Part shown: piece after piece, positions 52,225-64,000 of the stretch
Layout: each line of letters begins with the position of its first letter
How positions within the stretch are numbered: the first letter of the stretch is position 1
From: Octopus sinensis
Taxonomy: Eukaryota
DNA length: 64,000 nt
Assembly (NCBI RefSeq): GCF_006345805.1
Contig: NC_043001.1
Span: 12,524,001 to 12,588,000 of the forward strand
Direction: 5' to 3'
The notes under the pieces: generated by a model
Told to the model about the DNA's origin: nothing
Seen by the model: only the letters and a program-made list of their open reading frames with translations
The model's database searches: none
Made by a program: the position numbers and the translations under genes

Positions 52225-52550
52225 CCAGTACGCAACTGGTACTTAATATATCGAGCTCGAAAGGATGAAAGACAAAGTCGACCTCGGTGGAATTTGAACT
52301 AAGAACAGGTAGAGGAAATACCTGTTTCTTTACTGCCCACAAGGTGCTAAACACAGAGGGGACAAACAAGGACAGATAAACGGATTGAGTCGATTACATC
52401 GACCCTAGTGCGTAACTGCTACTTATTTAATCGACCCTGAAAGGATGAAAGGCAAAGTCGACCTCGGCGGAATTTGAATTCAGAACGTAGCGGCAGACGA
52501 AATTCCGCTAAGCATTTCGTCTGGCGTGCTACCGATTTTGTCAGCTCACC
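52225..52550 (-). mobile_element. SINE family F, tandem units
   Basis: Two gaaaggatgaaag.caaagtcgacctcgg.ggaatttgaa units. Confidence 0.85.
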
Positions 52551-52724
52551 GTCCTGAAGCATGATTATTAGACAGGTGTCGCCTTAGCCTGCTAGCTGTG
52601 AGCAGCTGACACTTACCATCATGCACAGCAAAATAAGCCGTTAGTTTCCATTAGATAAGCTGTATATATATATATATATATATATATTAGTATTAGTATT
52701 AGTATTAGTATTACTACATATGCA

Positions 52725-52757
<33 letters not shown>

Positions 52758-53087
52758 GCACATAAATATACATATACATATGTGTGAGGGTGTGTGTGTT
52801 TGTGTGTGTTTATTTTTAGTCTGTAAATATATATATCTTTATAAATATTATTGCTTTGGTAAATCATGCAAAATATATCGTCCGAAGTAAACGTCACGAT
52901 TGACAGTAGTTTCCTACCAAATGCAATTTCAGTAGCTTTTACGCTCCTTCCTTGAAGTAGAATATGTTAGTACAAAATTTCAAACGTCAAAGATACTCTA
53001 TCATACGCAATAAATTATTCAAGATATTAGTCATATCAATTACCATATATTACCTGGATAGATTAGTTAGTTAATTTGGCTCAAAAG

Positions 53088-53186
<99 letters not shown>

Positions 53187-53369
53187 TGTTCTCTATATAT
53201 GTGTATGTAATTGTCTTTCAGTTTTTGAAAAACAAAATTTATGTACAACGGCATAAATTGGCACACCTATGTGTGTGTGTCTATATATATATATATTATA
53301 GATGGGTAGATAGACAGATACATAGATAGATTCACCTACATATGAGTTCTGACCAATATGTATCCGCAC

Positions 53370-53820
53370 TGTTGCCATAATAACGAAGCTGAGGTATGCC
53401 GCTTGACAATGTTTGACCTTAGACACTGCTGTGCATGCGCACTGAGGTTTAACGTTCTAGCAGATTCCAGTTGTGTAGACCGGTGCTTCGAAGGAAGGTA
53501 CGTAGTTTGTAATTGTAGCATTGACCACGATAGAGAAAGTTCTCTTGGCAATACCTGCTCAGAGGCCTACGAAATTTGCAAAAAGTGTATGGAGTGATTC
53601 AGATGTTTCTAAGATGGCTGAGAAAATACCGACAGTGACGAAAGTTTTGGAAGAACCGAAACCAGCAGCATTGAGAAAAACATAGCATAATTGCAAGCAG
53701 CTCTTTGGAGAAATATTCGAGTCACCATCCATGAGTTGTCAGACGATGTACATATTAGATACAGTTCAGTTCAGTGAATTATCATTGAAGATGTGAGTTT
53801 GAGACTCGTATCTCCCAAAT
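53370..53820 (+). mobile_element. Highly degenerate mariner 5' part
   Basis: Remnants SEAYEI.QKVYG and IRVTIHELSDDVHIRYSSVQ.IIIEDVSLRLVSPK. Confidence 0.6.
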
Positions 53821-55639
53821 ATTAAAGAATGTAATTATCAGCTCGTCATGTTGAGAAACGTTTTAGCCAACCTACCAACATCTTGCCGGTGGTAAATTTC
53901 AGCATCATGAGATCTGAAGAAATCATGTTCTTAACCAGCGTATATGAAGGCATAATTCTCGAACAAAACTTAAGTAATGGTATTGAGCTGACCTAAGTAA
54001 TTATGCAACAACTATTAACTCCCAAAGGATATCAAGGTAAATTCTTACTTTAACGAAATAAAACATATACATATATTTCTTTCAGTCTCTGATTTCACTT
54101 TTTCTTTGTACTCATCCTGTCACTCCTCTTTTCATAAACAAGCAAGTGATCTGGTGTATTTACTCATAGATCAATACAAGTTTATACAACGACTCTCGGC
54201 ATTTATCTCTCTTTAATTATGCGCGGGAGGAAACGGCCGACAATCCCAGTAAGGACGTATTGAAAGTGTGTTAGACCGGAGATGCAACTGGTTTTTAGAG
54301 GCTGGCGAATTTAATTTCGGTAGGAGTTAATCAAAACTATATGATCACAGCAGGTCCAAAGATCAACGGTTACATATGGTCCACAGTTCAAATATAGCCG
54401 AAGAAGCGGAATTCATGCGTTTCTGTTACCTTGTCAGATTTCACATTAGCATCTTTGAAACTCAATGCGAAAATTTTGACAAGAAAGGAGATTCCCAATG
54501 CTCTGCGCCCAAAGAAACGAATAAGAACCCGCGATTGAGAAACCAAGCAGAGAAGGAGGACACTGAAACAATTAGCCCTGTTGGTGCCAATATGAACAAC
54601 CGAGAGATAAGAGAGATAAAACAAAAAACAGTCTTGATTTCAGGTTATATTCGTAATTATGGTCAGCTACTTAGTCGTAAGCGATAGATAAGCATTATAC
54701 ACCTTATTTCTGTACAACCTAAACTGATGCTTTGTTTGTAGTGAGGAATTTTTCTGCTACACATTCTCTCTCTCTCGCCACAAAATTGACGTTGCCTGAA
54801 CAGGTGCACTGCGCACATGCAATATCGTATTGCAACATGAAATAAGGGGCTTTCCCTTAAGACACAATGCACCACCCGGTCCGAAATCGATATCCTATCA
54901 CAGCCTTATTGTGCAACACCCCAAGCACTGAGCCACAGAGTTTCATACTATAATCATTATCTTAATTATATGAAGCCTAATAATCATGAATCATTTCTAA
55001 AGATGTTGACCATGCGCTAGATAAATAAATATGAATATGAAAATAAGGATAATAATATTATTGATATGATGATACCCAATATAGGCACTGACTTTCAGAA
55101 ATATTGCAATTGAAATATAATACTATTTGTCCAATGCACATGAGGAATAATATTTACACGAAAGCAAATAGACTGAGGAATTGACTAGCATTTAGATATT
55201 GAATAATACAGATTTTAATCTGAATATACAATGCTTGTTATCTTCAACATATTATAGTAATCACAGAAATATGGAGGCAAGAATTGAAACGTGAGATTTT
55301 ATTATGATATCACTGCATATCGTTAAATCTTTTATTTAGTCTATTCATTAAATTATAAATCATCTTATGGTCCAACCTGCTCCGAGGTTTACAATCAGGA
55401 ATCTCTGCATTCGTTATTCTTTCAATTAAAAGCAAAACGTTTCAGGAGTAGCAAAATTTAATGACATACCTTCAGGCCGTCTATAACGGGGAATGTTTGG
55501 GAAATGATCAATGATCTGATACAATTGGCAGTTTCATAATATAGTACAACAAAAGGTCTTATAAATAAATGCATACATTTTTACAGGCAAAAAAAACGGA
55601 CACACACAAAATTACACAACTACTCTCACTCCATGTAGA

Positions 55640-55990
55640 TCCCTGAAATGTTTTGGCAAGGTGTGAAATAGGTGTGGAACCTTAAATCCCAGTCTATTGC
55701 ATTTTATGGTCCACATCTTCGATGCGACAACTGGGACATTTGTAACAGTGTAGTCGCGTCCTATTCAGTATCTTTCACGCATATATCACGGCATACACGT
55801 ATCGTCCTCGCTCCAGGGAGAAGAGTCGCAACTCTTTCAATTTTTCTCAGTAGTTCAGCTGTTACATTTATGCAGTCTTCATCGTATAGAATCGCTGAAC
55901 CACCTCAAGTTCTGTCATTAATCCTACGCTGTAGGTTGACCACAGTTGATAGCCCTAGTCCAGACAGCTAAGGAAAACATAACCTCCACA
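55640..55990 (-). mobile_element. Degenerate C-terminal fragment of the 17.8-kb LINE family
   Basis: Minus-strand remnants of LSGLGLS.VNL, LRLFSLERGRY, GPHLFHTLPK. Confidence 0.7.
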
Positions 55991-56130
55991 AGGCCAGCAT
56001 AATTTCCTGGTGCATTGTTCTGAAGGATCTCAAAATCCATCCGAATATTCGGATGGATACATACATACATATATACATGCACACATATATCTATATCTCC
56101 ATATCTCTCTATCTATGTATCTATATCTAT

Positions 56131-56279
<149 letters not shown>

Positions 56280-56420
56280 GATATATATATATGTACGATA
56301 ATAAATTATTTTTGCCTCTTTTTATGGAGTCAAAAGGGTTTGTATGACTGCAAAATGTAATTTATCCCTGTTATTTGTTCCCTAATAAAGTTATATTATA
56401 TATATAATATATATATATAT

Positions 56421-56453
<33 letters not shown>

Positions 56454-56668
56454 CTGGAGAAAAACCACTATATGCAATTCAACGATGTTAGACATAAACC
56501 AAATCACAAATAAAAAATAAAAAATATTTTTTTAAAACATATAACTAGATCACAAAAAGTGTAAAAATGAATAATCAATATATCATATGTATCATTACAT
56601 ATATATACAGTATTATTATTGTTATGTTATTATTATTATATTATTATTATTTTTATTATATTATATAT

Positions 56669-56704
<36 letters not shown>

Positions 56705-56706
56705 AC

Positions 56707-56764
<58 letters not shown>

Positions 56765-56922
56765 GTATGTATATATATACATATTATATAGAGAGAATGG
56801 GAGAAAGCGCTAATGATCTAAGTGATTTATATATAAAAAATGTAATATACAAATAAATATCTGTAAATATAAACCATCCGATCTTCTGAGTACCTCATTT
56901 CTTCTAATATATATATATATAA

Positions 56923-56953
<31 letters not shown>

Positions 56954-56961
56954 TATATATT

Positions 56962-56995
<34 letters not shown>

Positions 56996-57809
56996 CATAT
57001 GAGTGTGTATATGTGTGTATCTGTTTGTGCTTTCGCGCGTGTTGTCGTTCCTGACCATGTGTCTAATATTTCCAGATCCACATATTCCAGATTTGCTCAG
57101 AGCAATCTCAAACTTATTACTCTTATAATGTGAGAATAGAACATATATTCATGAGAAAACATTCAGTTACATATCTTTTTTTTTATTTGAAACAACTTTT
57201 ATCAACAAGCAATCATTATATTATTATATTCCTTATTTGTTACTTGGATGTTTCGTTTATTGTTTCAAATTTCAAACAACTTCATGTATAGGATTTGATA
57301 GAGGAGGGAGTTCCCTGTATGATATACGCTAAATGATATGTAGAATACAGGAAACTGTTTTTGTAACAAACATTAATCTTCATTTACATACATTTACATA
57401 TATGTCTGTCGGGAAAATAAATTTCTTTGATGTCGCTTTACCTCGACGGCATCTACCTGGTGTTCCATTTGTTGGAATAGGTTCTTAGACCTCCTGATAA
57501 TTGCACACACTCAAACACACACGCATACATACAAATACACACAAATACGCAGAAGCACATACAAACGCGCTCACATTTTAACACACCATCTCACACGCAC
57601 TCACACGCAAACACAAATACACATATAAACACATACTCATACGTAGACACGTAGTTAGAACAGAATACGTAATTTTTATATTGTTATTCTACAAACGAGA
57701 AGTATGGGATGGTCATAATCAAAATGCTTTTTGATAAAACAAAAAAAAATTCGCTCTACGTTTGAGAACAAAGTAAGCAGGATATTGATTTTAACTATTT
57801 AAGCTTGAA

Positions 57810-58365
57810 GGCGGCGTACTTGCAGAAACATTAGCAAGGCGGGCGAAATGCTTGGCGGTATTTCGTCTGCCGTTATGTTGTGAGTTCAAATTCCGTCGAG
57901 GTCGACTTTGCCTTTCAACCTTTCGGGATCGAAAAACTAAGCACCAGTTACGCACTGGGGTTGATGTAATCGACTTAATACCTATGTCTGTCCTTGTTTG
58001 TCCCCTCTATGTTTAGCCCCTCGTGGGTAATAAAGAAATAGGTATTTCGTCTATCTTTACGTTCTGAATTCAAATTCCGCCGAGATTGATTCTGCCTTTC
58101 ATCATTTCGGGGTCGATAAATTAAATACCAGTTACGTACTGGGATAGATCTAATCAACTGGCCCTCTCTGCAAGCATTTCCGGCCTTGTTGAAAAGAATA
58201 AATGACTGACATGATGTTAAGTCTGTCTTTACGTTCTGAGTTCAAAATCCACCGAGGTCGACTTTGCTTTTCATCCTTTCCTCGTCGATAAATTAAGTAC
58301 CAGTTGAGTACTGTGGTCGATCTAATTGACTGGCGCCCTTCCCAAAAGTTTCGGGCCGTGTGCTT
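57810..58365 (+). mobile_element. SINE family F, head plus three tandem body units
   Basis: ttcaaattccg.cgag.t.ga.t.tgcctttca at about 57885, 58070 and 58240. Confidence 0.88.
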
Positions 58366-58591
58366 AGAGTATTTTTCCGTAGCATTAATAAACTGTTTGC
58401 ATTTTATCAGATATCTACAACTATTTTTTTACATTATACTTACCATAATATACTTGGTGAAGAAGCTTTCATCATGTTTGGCAAAAATATGCTGCAATTA
58501 ACCCTTCGCATACATTAATTCTAAGAGTTTGTTTTTAAGGGCAATACATGCAAAGTCTATTACGAAAAGTAGAAATAGTCCTTTTTAAATC

Positions 58592-58805
58592 AGGCGCATG
58601 AGTGGCTGTATGGTAAGGAGATTGTTTGCCAACCACATGGTTCGAGTTCAGTCCCACGTGACAGCTTGGACATGTGTCTTCTAATTTAATCTCAGGCCGA
58701 CCAAAGACTCGTGAGTGGATTTGGTAGGCGGAAATTGAAAGAAGCCTGTCGTGTATAATTATATACAAAAGTAGATTGAACCAGAATACACCATCGTTAC
58801 AAGAG

Positions 58806-58842
<37 letters not shown>

Positions 58843-59066
58843 ATGTATGTGTGTGTGTGCGTTTGTCCCCACAACATCGCTTGACAACCGATGCTGGTGT
58901 GTTTACGTCCCCGTGACTTTGCGGTTCGGCAAAAGAGGCCGATAGAATAAGTAGTAGGCTTACAACGAATAAGTCCTGGGGTCGATTTGCTCGACTAAAG
59001 GCGATGCTCCAGCATGACCACAGTCACATGACTGAAACAAGTAAAAGCGTAAAAGAGTAAAGAGTA
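58592..59066 (+). mobile_element. SINE family A, full length
   Basis: Head, internal (TA)/(TG) tract, tail ending gactgaaacaagtaaaag(agtaaa)n. Confidence 0.9.
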
Positions 59067-60002
59067 TAAATTTTCAAATTGAGTGTACATTCTTCGAAAG
59101 AATACGTTCTGTGTATCCTATATATGCCGAAGAAGATATTAGCCAGGATATATTTAGTATGTTTTTAATATATACAACCTGACAGTTACCAGAAAATAAA
59201 TTTTTCTGCGCATTACATACTAATAATTATCTGCGACTTTATAATTCACTAAAGAAATTTAACGTTATTTAAATATATCACTGCACATCAGTTATGTTTT
59301 TCAGATGACTCCGAATGTTAATATTTTATGTTATTGTAAAAGCGTGCATTACGCCACACTTGTGTCGATGAAGAGGCCATAAATCTTACTGACAGTAAAT
59401 AGAGAGGGGAAAAAAACGTTTTTGTAATAATGGTATTCATTCGGTTTATTCAGACCAATAAATGTTAAAGGTTGATGAATGGATCAGTAAATTTCTCGAT
59501 AGAGAATAAAGACATAATATGAAATCTATCAAATTTAAAGCTTTCCAATTGCATTCAAAAGAATAAAAGTAAATACTTGTATGCTGAATTTGTTCATATG
59601 AAAAGAAAATTTTATTATACGAGGGAAGTTCCTTGCGTATTCGAATTCCAGAAGAAATTATTTAAAATCGATTCTCCAGCATCGTAGTTTTGTTTAGTTA
59701 CTCAATAATTTAAACGCAAGAATTTGAAATGATACAGTGAAGTATATATCTAGAGAGCAAGTGAATAGTAATTACCATATATGCACACGCATACAGACAC
59801 ACATATATAAAATAAATGTATATATGATTGTTGGTGTATATATATATCTATGAGTGTGCATAAATACATATATCTAAGCATATATATATATATTATACAT
59901 AAATATATCTATATATATATATATAAGTTATAATATGTAAATAGATATACATAAATAAGTATGTGTATATATATGTATATATATATGTATGTATATATAT
60001 AC

Positions 60003-60048
<46 letters not shown>

Positions 60049-60071
60049 CATATATATATATATTTTTTTTT

Positions 60072-60431
60072 TTACTGTTTCAGTCATTTGACGCGGCCAT
60101 GCTGGAGCCAGCCTTTAGTCGAGCAACTGACCTGGGACTATTCTTTTGTAGCCCAGTATTATTATCTATCGGTCTCTTGCCGAACCGCTAAGTGACGGGG
60201 ACGTAAAGCACCAGCCCGGTAAGCATGCTAGGGGACAAACACAGACACACCACCATTTTATATATATACATATATACGACAGGCTTCTTCAGTTTCCGTC
60301 TACCAAATCCACTCACAAGGCATTGGTCACCCGGGGCTAAGCAGAAGACACCCTGCCAAGATCCCCCGTGGGACTGAACCCGGAACCAGTGGGTTGGTTA
60401 GCAAGCTACTTACCACACACCTCCTGCGCCT
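60072..60431 (-). mobile_element. SINE family A, full length
   Basis: Same architecture in reverse. Confidence 0.88.
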
Positions 60432-60559
60432 ATATATATATATATAAATAATATTGTTTGTTTGTACTCCGCCTGCCTTCGTCTTCTGTTTATTTCCGTA
60501 AACCTTGCCGTTATATATGTATACATACATACATATATGTGTGTGTGTGTGTGTGTGTA

Positions 60560-60950
60560 CGAGCAAAACACCCCCGCGTGCAATGGACGGTGCTGAGTTG
60601 TCAAACATTTAAACCAAATTTTCTCAAGACAACTTGTCCGTCGGTCCCATAGCCCCCCCCCTTTGAGAAATACAGATTTAACCTAAATTTGAGACACAAG
60701 CAAAAGAAGAAATAAAGATAGACTTTTTTTTCTATTCCAAAGAAAAACGATTTCCCACGGCTTTATCGAGCGCATTCTCACCTGGAATCGATTTCTGTAA
60801 TTTTTTCAAGACTTACACACGCCCTGATACCGTCGGTATCTACATATCAAATTTGAGCGCCATCAGATGGAGGATGCCCGAGATCCTAGAAGCCACAAAG
60901 GCACGCACACATACACACACACACATACACAACGGATTTTATTTAAGAGA
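60560..60950 (-). mobile_element. Second-family non-autonomous Helitron-like element
   Basis: A|TCTCTTAAATAAAA start followed by (GT)n; subterminal CACCGTCC..GGGGGTG hairpin; CTCG|T end. Confidence 0.65.
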
Positions 60951-61047
60951 TATATGTAAGTATTTCGAAATATATATATATATATATAGTAGAAATATTA
61001 AAATTTCTATTCTCTCTAAAGGAGATTACAACAGCGTTACTGGATAT

Positions 61048-61294
61048 TAATACTTATCGCCAAGCTAATATGGTAGTCTATAAATATAAGACTAAAGCTG
61101 CCGCTGATTAGCTCCAAGAGGCCATCGCCTCTAGCTAGCTATATGACACACGAACCTGCGTCCCCTTTCGAAGGTTATATGGACGCCGGTTCGTGTGTCA
61201 TATAGCTAGCTAGGCGATGGCCCTTGGAGCTAATCAGCGGCAGCTTTAGTCTTATATTTATAGACTACCATATTAGCTTGGGCGATAACTATTA
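61048..61294. repeat. Near-perfect palindrome, about 115-bp arms, about 17-nt loop
   Basis: taatacttatcgccaagc...cctgcgtcc mirrored by ggacgccgg...gcttgggcgataactatta; two substitutions and three small indels. Confidence 0.95.
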
Positions 61295-61665
61295 ATATAT
61301 ATATATTATATATATATATATGCATATATTTATTGTATATTTATCTACAAATGTACTGCATGCGCAAACATACTATATACAGCTAATAAATTATATACAT
61401 TATGTATCAGATCTATGTTTCTTCAAACCTGTTATGGTATACCTCCCAAGGTGACATGATACTTTCATGGAGCCGGATTACATAAGGCCTATCTTGCATA
61501 GTAGTTCGCTTTGGTCGCTAACGACATTCTCTTATTCGTGTTGCAGTGCTTAGACCCCATTGGTGAAGAAGATTTACCCTGCTAGGCGAAAGAATCACAG
61601 CAGCACATATGAGGTCATCACGTTGACATTTCTTCCCAGGAAACACGACCATCCCCAAATACAAC

Positions 61666-61702
<37 letters not shown>

Positions 61703-61705
<3 letters not shown>

Positions 61706-61890
61706 CGGGAAGGTTTACGAAAAGAAACAAAAGACGAAGGCAGGTGGAGTACAAACAAACAATGTATTAGTATGGCGCTCAGGAATAGAAATAAAACAAG
61801 TCTTTTACGTTTCGAGCCTACGCTCTTCGACAGAAGATACACAAAAAAGAAACAAGGAGAGTAAGAAGGAGAGAAAAAAATTGCGTGTAG
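61703..61890 (-). mobile_element. Penelope-like terminal repeat, family D, with HHR-like motif at 61801-61837
   Basis: TCTT CTGTCGA A GAGC GTAG GCTC GAAA CG TA^AAAGA; 3' end in (TA)n. Confidence 0.65.
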
Positions 61891-62035
61891 GGGCTAACGA
61901 TCCAACATGGCGTTCTGATTTCAGAAGTCAGAGATCGGAGGTCAAACGTTAGAGGTCAGACGTTAGACGCTACACGGATAGTAGGGGAGATAACAGGGTC
62001 AAGTGTATATATATATATACATCTATATATATATA

Positions 62036-62550
62036 TAGTCATAAGATACAGTGTACATTTAAACACATGAGGAATCCGCCCATGGGATTCATCACGCTAG
62101 AAAGAACAGCTAGGTTCTATAACCACAAAAATTAGGGATAAAATTCGACACGAACGAAATGAAAACTAAAAACATTTTACCATCAAATTTCCTGGACCAA
62201 ATGGTTTCTGATTTTAGTTTAGCGAGTAAATGAATAACATATACATATTTTTGTGGTTATAGAATCTCGCTGTTCTTTCTAGAGTGTTGAATCCTATGAG
62301 TGGATTCCTCATGTGTTTAAATGTACACTGTATCTTATGACTAATACACACATAATAAATAAATATGACAAATCATATATATATATAATTAGTCATAAGA
62401 TACAGTGTACATTTAAACACATGAGGAATCCACTCATAGGATTCAACACGCTAGAAACAACAGCTAGGTTCTATAACCACAAAATTCGGAATAAAATTCG
62501 ACAGGAACGAAGTCAAAAATAAAACCATTTTACCATCTAGTTTCCCTGAA
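62036..62550. repeat. Direct-inverted-direct triplication of a 95-160-bp unit
   Basis: tagtcataagatacagtgtacatttaaacacatgaggaatcc at 62036 (+), 62248-62343 (-) and 62390 (+). Confidence 0.92.
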
Positions 62551-62619
62551 CGATAACCCCGAGGGCAAAGAAATAAGAACCCACAGTATGGTAGAAGCTA
62601 TAGCTATTCATAATAAAAA

Positions 62620-62995
62620 GTAGTCCTGATGGAATGTTTCAGTGAAGACCTCAGTAAAATGTGAGCTCAACAGACCCGACATAATGACTGCGGATAAAGA
62701 AAAGAAACTGTGAACAGTTGTAGAAATTAGCTACCCAGCGGATGTTAACATAAAGCTGAACATCAGTGAAAAAGAGAATACCTGCGCGGAACTATAGAAA
62801 AATCTGCAGTTACTCTATCCAAATTACAAGTTCAGGTTTGTAGCAGTAATTATTGGGGTCCTGGGATATGTAACACACTGACTAAATAGCAATCTCAAAA
62901 TAAGAAAGGAGAATGCTGATTCGAAAACTATAGACCCAAACCATCATTGGAACTGTAAAAATCTGTACAACTTTCCAGAAGTTTAGCAATTAAAT
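62620..62995 (+). mobile_element. Degenerate REL-endonuclease C-terminus of an R2/R4/NeSL-group element
   Basis: NVSVKTSVKCELNRPDIM..VVEISYPADVNIKLNISEKE..LLYPNYKFRFVAVIIGVLG..QTIIGTVKIC. Confidence 0.75.
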
Positions 62996-63084
62996 ATATA
63001 TGAGCACATCTAGATATGCAACTATATGCATGAGAATACATACATAATGCAAAACATACAAATCTTCACATATACGTACATACA

Positions 63085-63460
63085 AATAAAAATGCCTTCT
63101 TGTTGCAGTTGAAATTCCAATATAGGAACCTTGGATCTAGGTTAGAAACCGGCGGCTCTTTCTCTATTGACAAGAAATCTTGAAATATAACTGAACAATG
63201 ACATACATAAAAGCAAGCAAAAATAGCCTGCTATTGATGACGAAATTTCTATGAAGTTGCCTTGGATCTAGGTCAGAAACCGGCACTTTCTCTATTGGCA
63301 AGAGATCTTGAAAGGAAACAGAGTCATGATATACATACATACAAAAACAAAAATACCCTATTGCTGATGATCAAATTCCAATGAGCGAGCTGTGGATCTA
63401 TGTTAGAAACCGGCTCTTTCTATATTGGCAAGAAATCTTGAAATAAAACTGGGCAATAAC
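63085..63460 (+). repeat. Three diverged tandem units of about 125 bp downstream of the REL fragment
   Basis: gaaatt.c.atga.....cttggatcta.gt.agaaaccggc.ctttct.tattg.caaga.atcttgaaa occurs three times. Confidence 0.85.
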
Positions 63461-63729
63461 GTACGTACGTACACCTATATTTAACCGGTTTATGCTGCTG
63501 TTCAACTTGACAAAATTTATTAAGAACCATTTGTGGAAGTAAATGTGTATATATATTCACATCGATTACGATAATTCTAAAACAATGAATGTAACTTTGT
63601 TTTGTGCGCTGTTTTAGAAACTACATCCTTACTTATTTACACACACCCACACCACCACACATATATATATTTACTTATATATATATATATATATTTATAT
63701 AAAACTTAGATAAAACTTAGATATGTTTC

Positions 63730-64000
63730 GACCAGAGATTGGTCCAGGCCATGTTCTAACTTAATAGCACCACCTGATAGGATTATTCGAATCCTGTTTA
63801 AGTCAAGTTTTGTTCAGTAGTGAGTTCTTGTTGGTGAGTTGTATCAGTTTTGTTCAAGTAGTGAGTTCTTGTTGGGTGAGTTGTCCAATTATGGGCTTAT
63901 CTGGTATTCTTTGAAGAATCTATCCAGACTCTGTTTAAAGTTGATGGGATCCTTTTCCTCTTTGATCTCCATCGGACAATGTTAAATAGGCAGGGCCCTG
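63730..64000 (-). mobile_element. 3' end of another CR1-group LINE
   Basis: Minus-strand remnants GPAYLT, EIKEEKDPINFKQSLDRFFK, IPDKP; tail catggcctggaccaatctctggtcgaaac. Confidence 0.7.

Noticed and set aside
54376-54687. 103-aa ORF, and similar short non-repeat ORFs near 30025 and 32029-32723
   Set aside because: No recognisable domain or exon context; possibly decayed elements, but I cannot assign them

Overview
AT-rich animal genomic DNA, intergenic or deep intronic, made almost entirely of microsatellites and transposable elements. The SINE and microsatellite landscape matches what I recall for Octopus; this is inference and was not checked by a search. I found no host exon, tRNA, rRNA or CRISPR array, and most ORFs in the supplied track are microsatellite artefacts. 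Main content: (1) A probably full-length but disabled CR1-group LINE (about 17803-22552, minus). It has APE+RT, an unusual ORF1 (trihelix/Myb-SANT-like domain, coiled coil, CCCH finger) and a 10-monomer tandem array upstream. (2) A second CR1 LINE and several LINE fragments, including R4/Dong-like REL pieces. (3) Three mariner relics, MITEs and non-autonomous Helitrons. (4) At least four tRNA-derived SINE families. The most striking unannotated signal is a set of minimal type-I hammerhead ribozyme (HHR) motifs in short Penelope-like terminal-repeat (pLTR) segments. Four have the canonical core (two of these are identical tandem copies), two are tandem copies of a U3-A8 covariant, others are core variants or fossils. 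Two loci place a pair of HHRs in cis, 473 and 680 nt apart (retrozyme-like geometry), and several long fold-back palindromes are built from the same kind of sequence. Folds and alignments were done by eye. Most element boundaries are approximate (about 10-20 nt), and some indels may be long-read errors.
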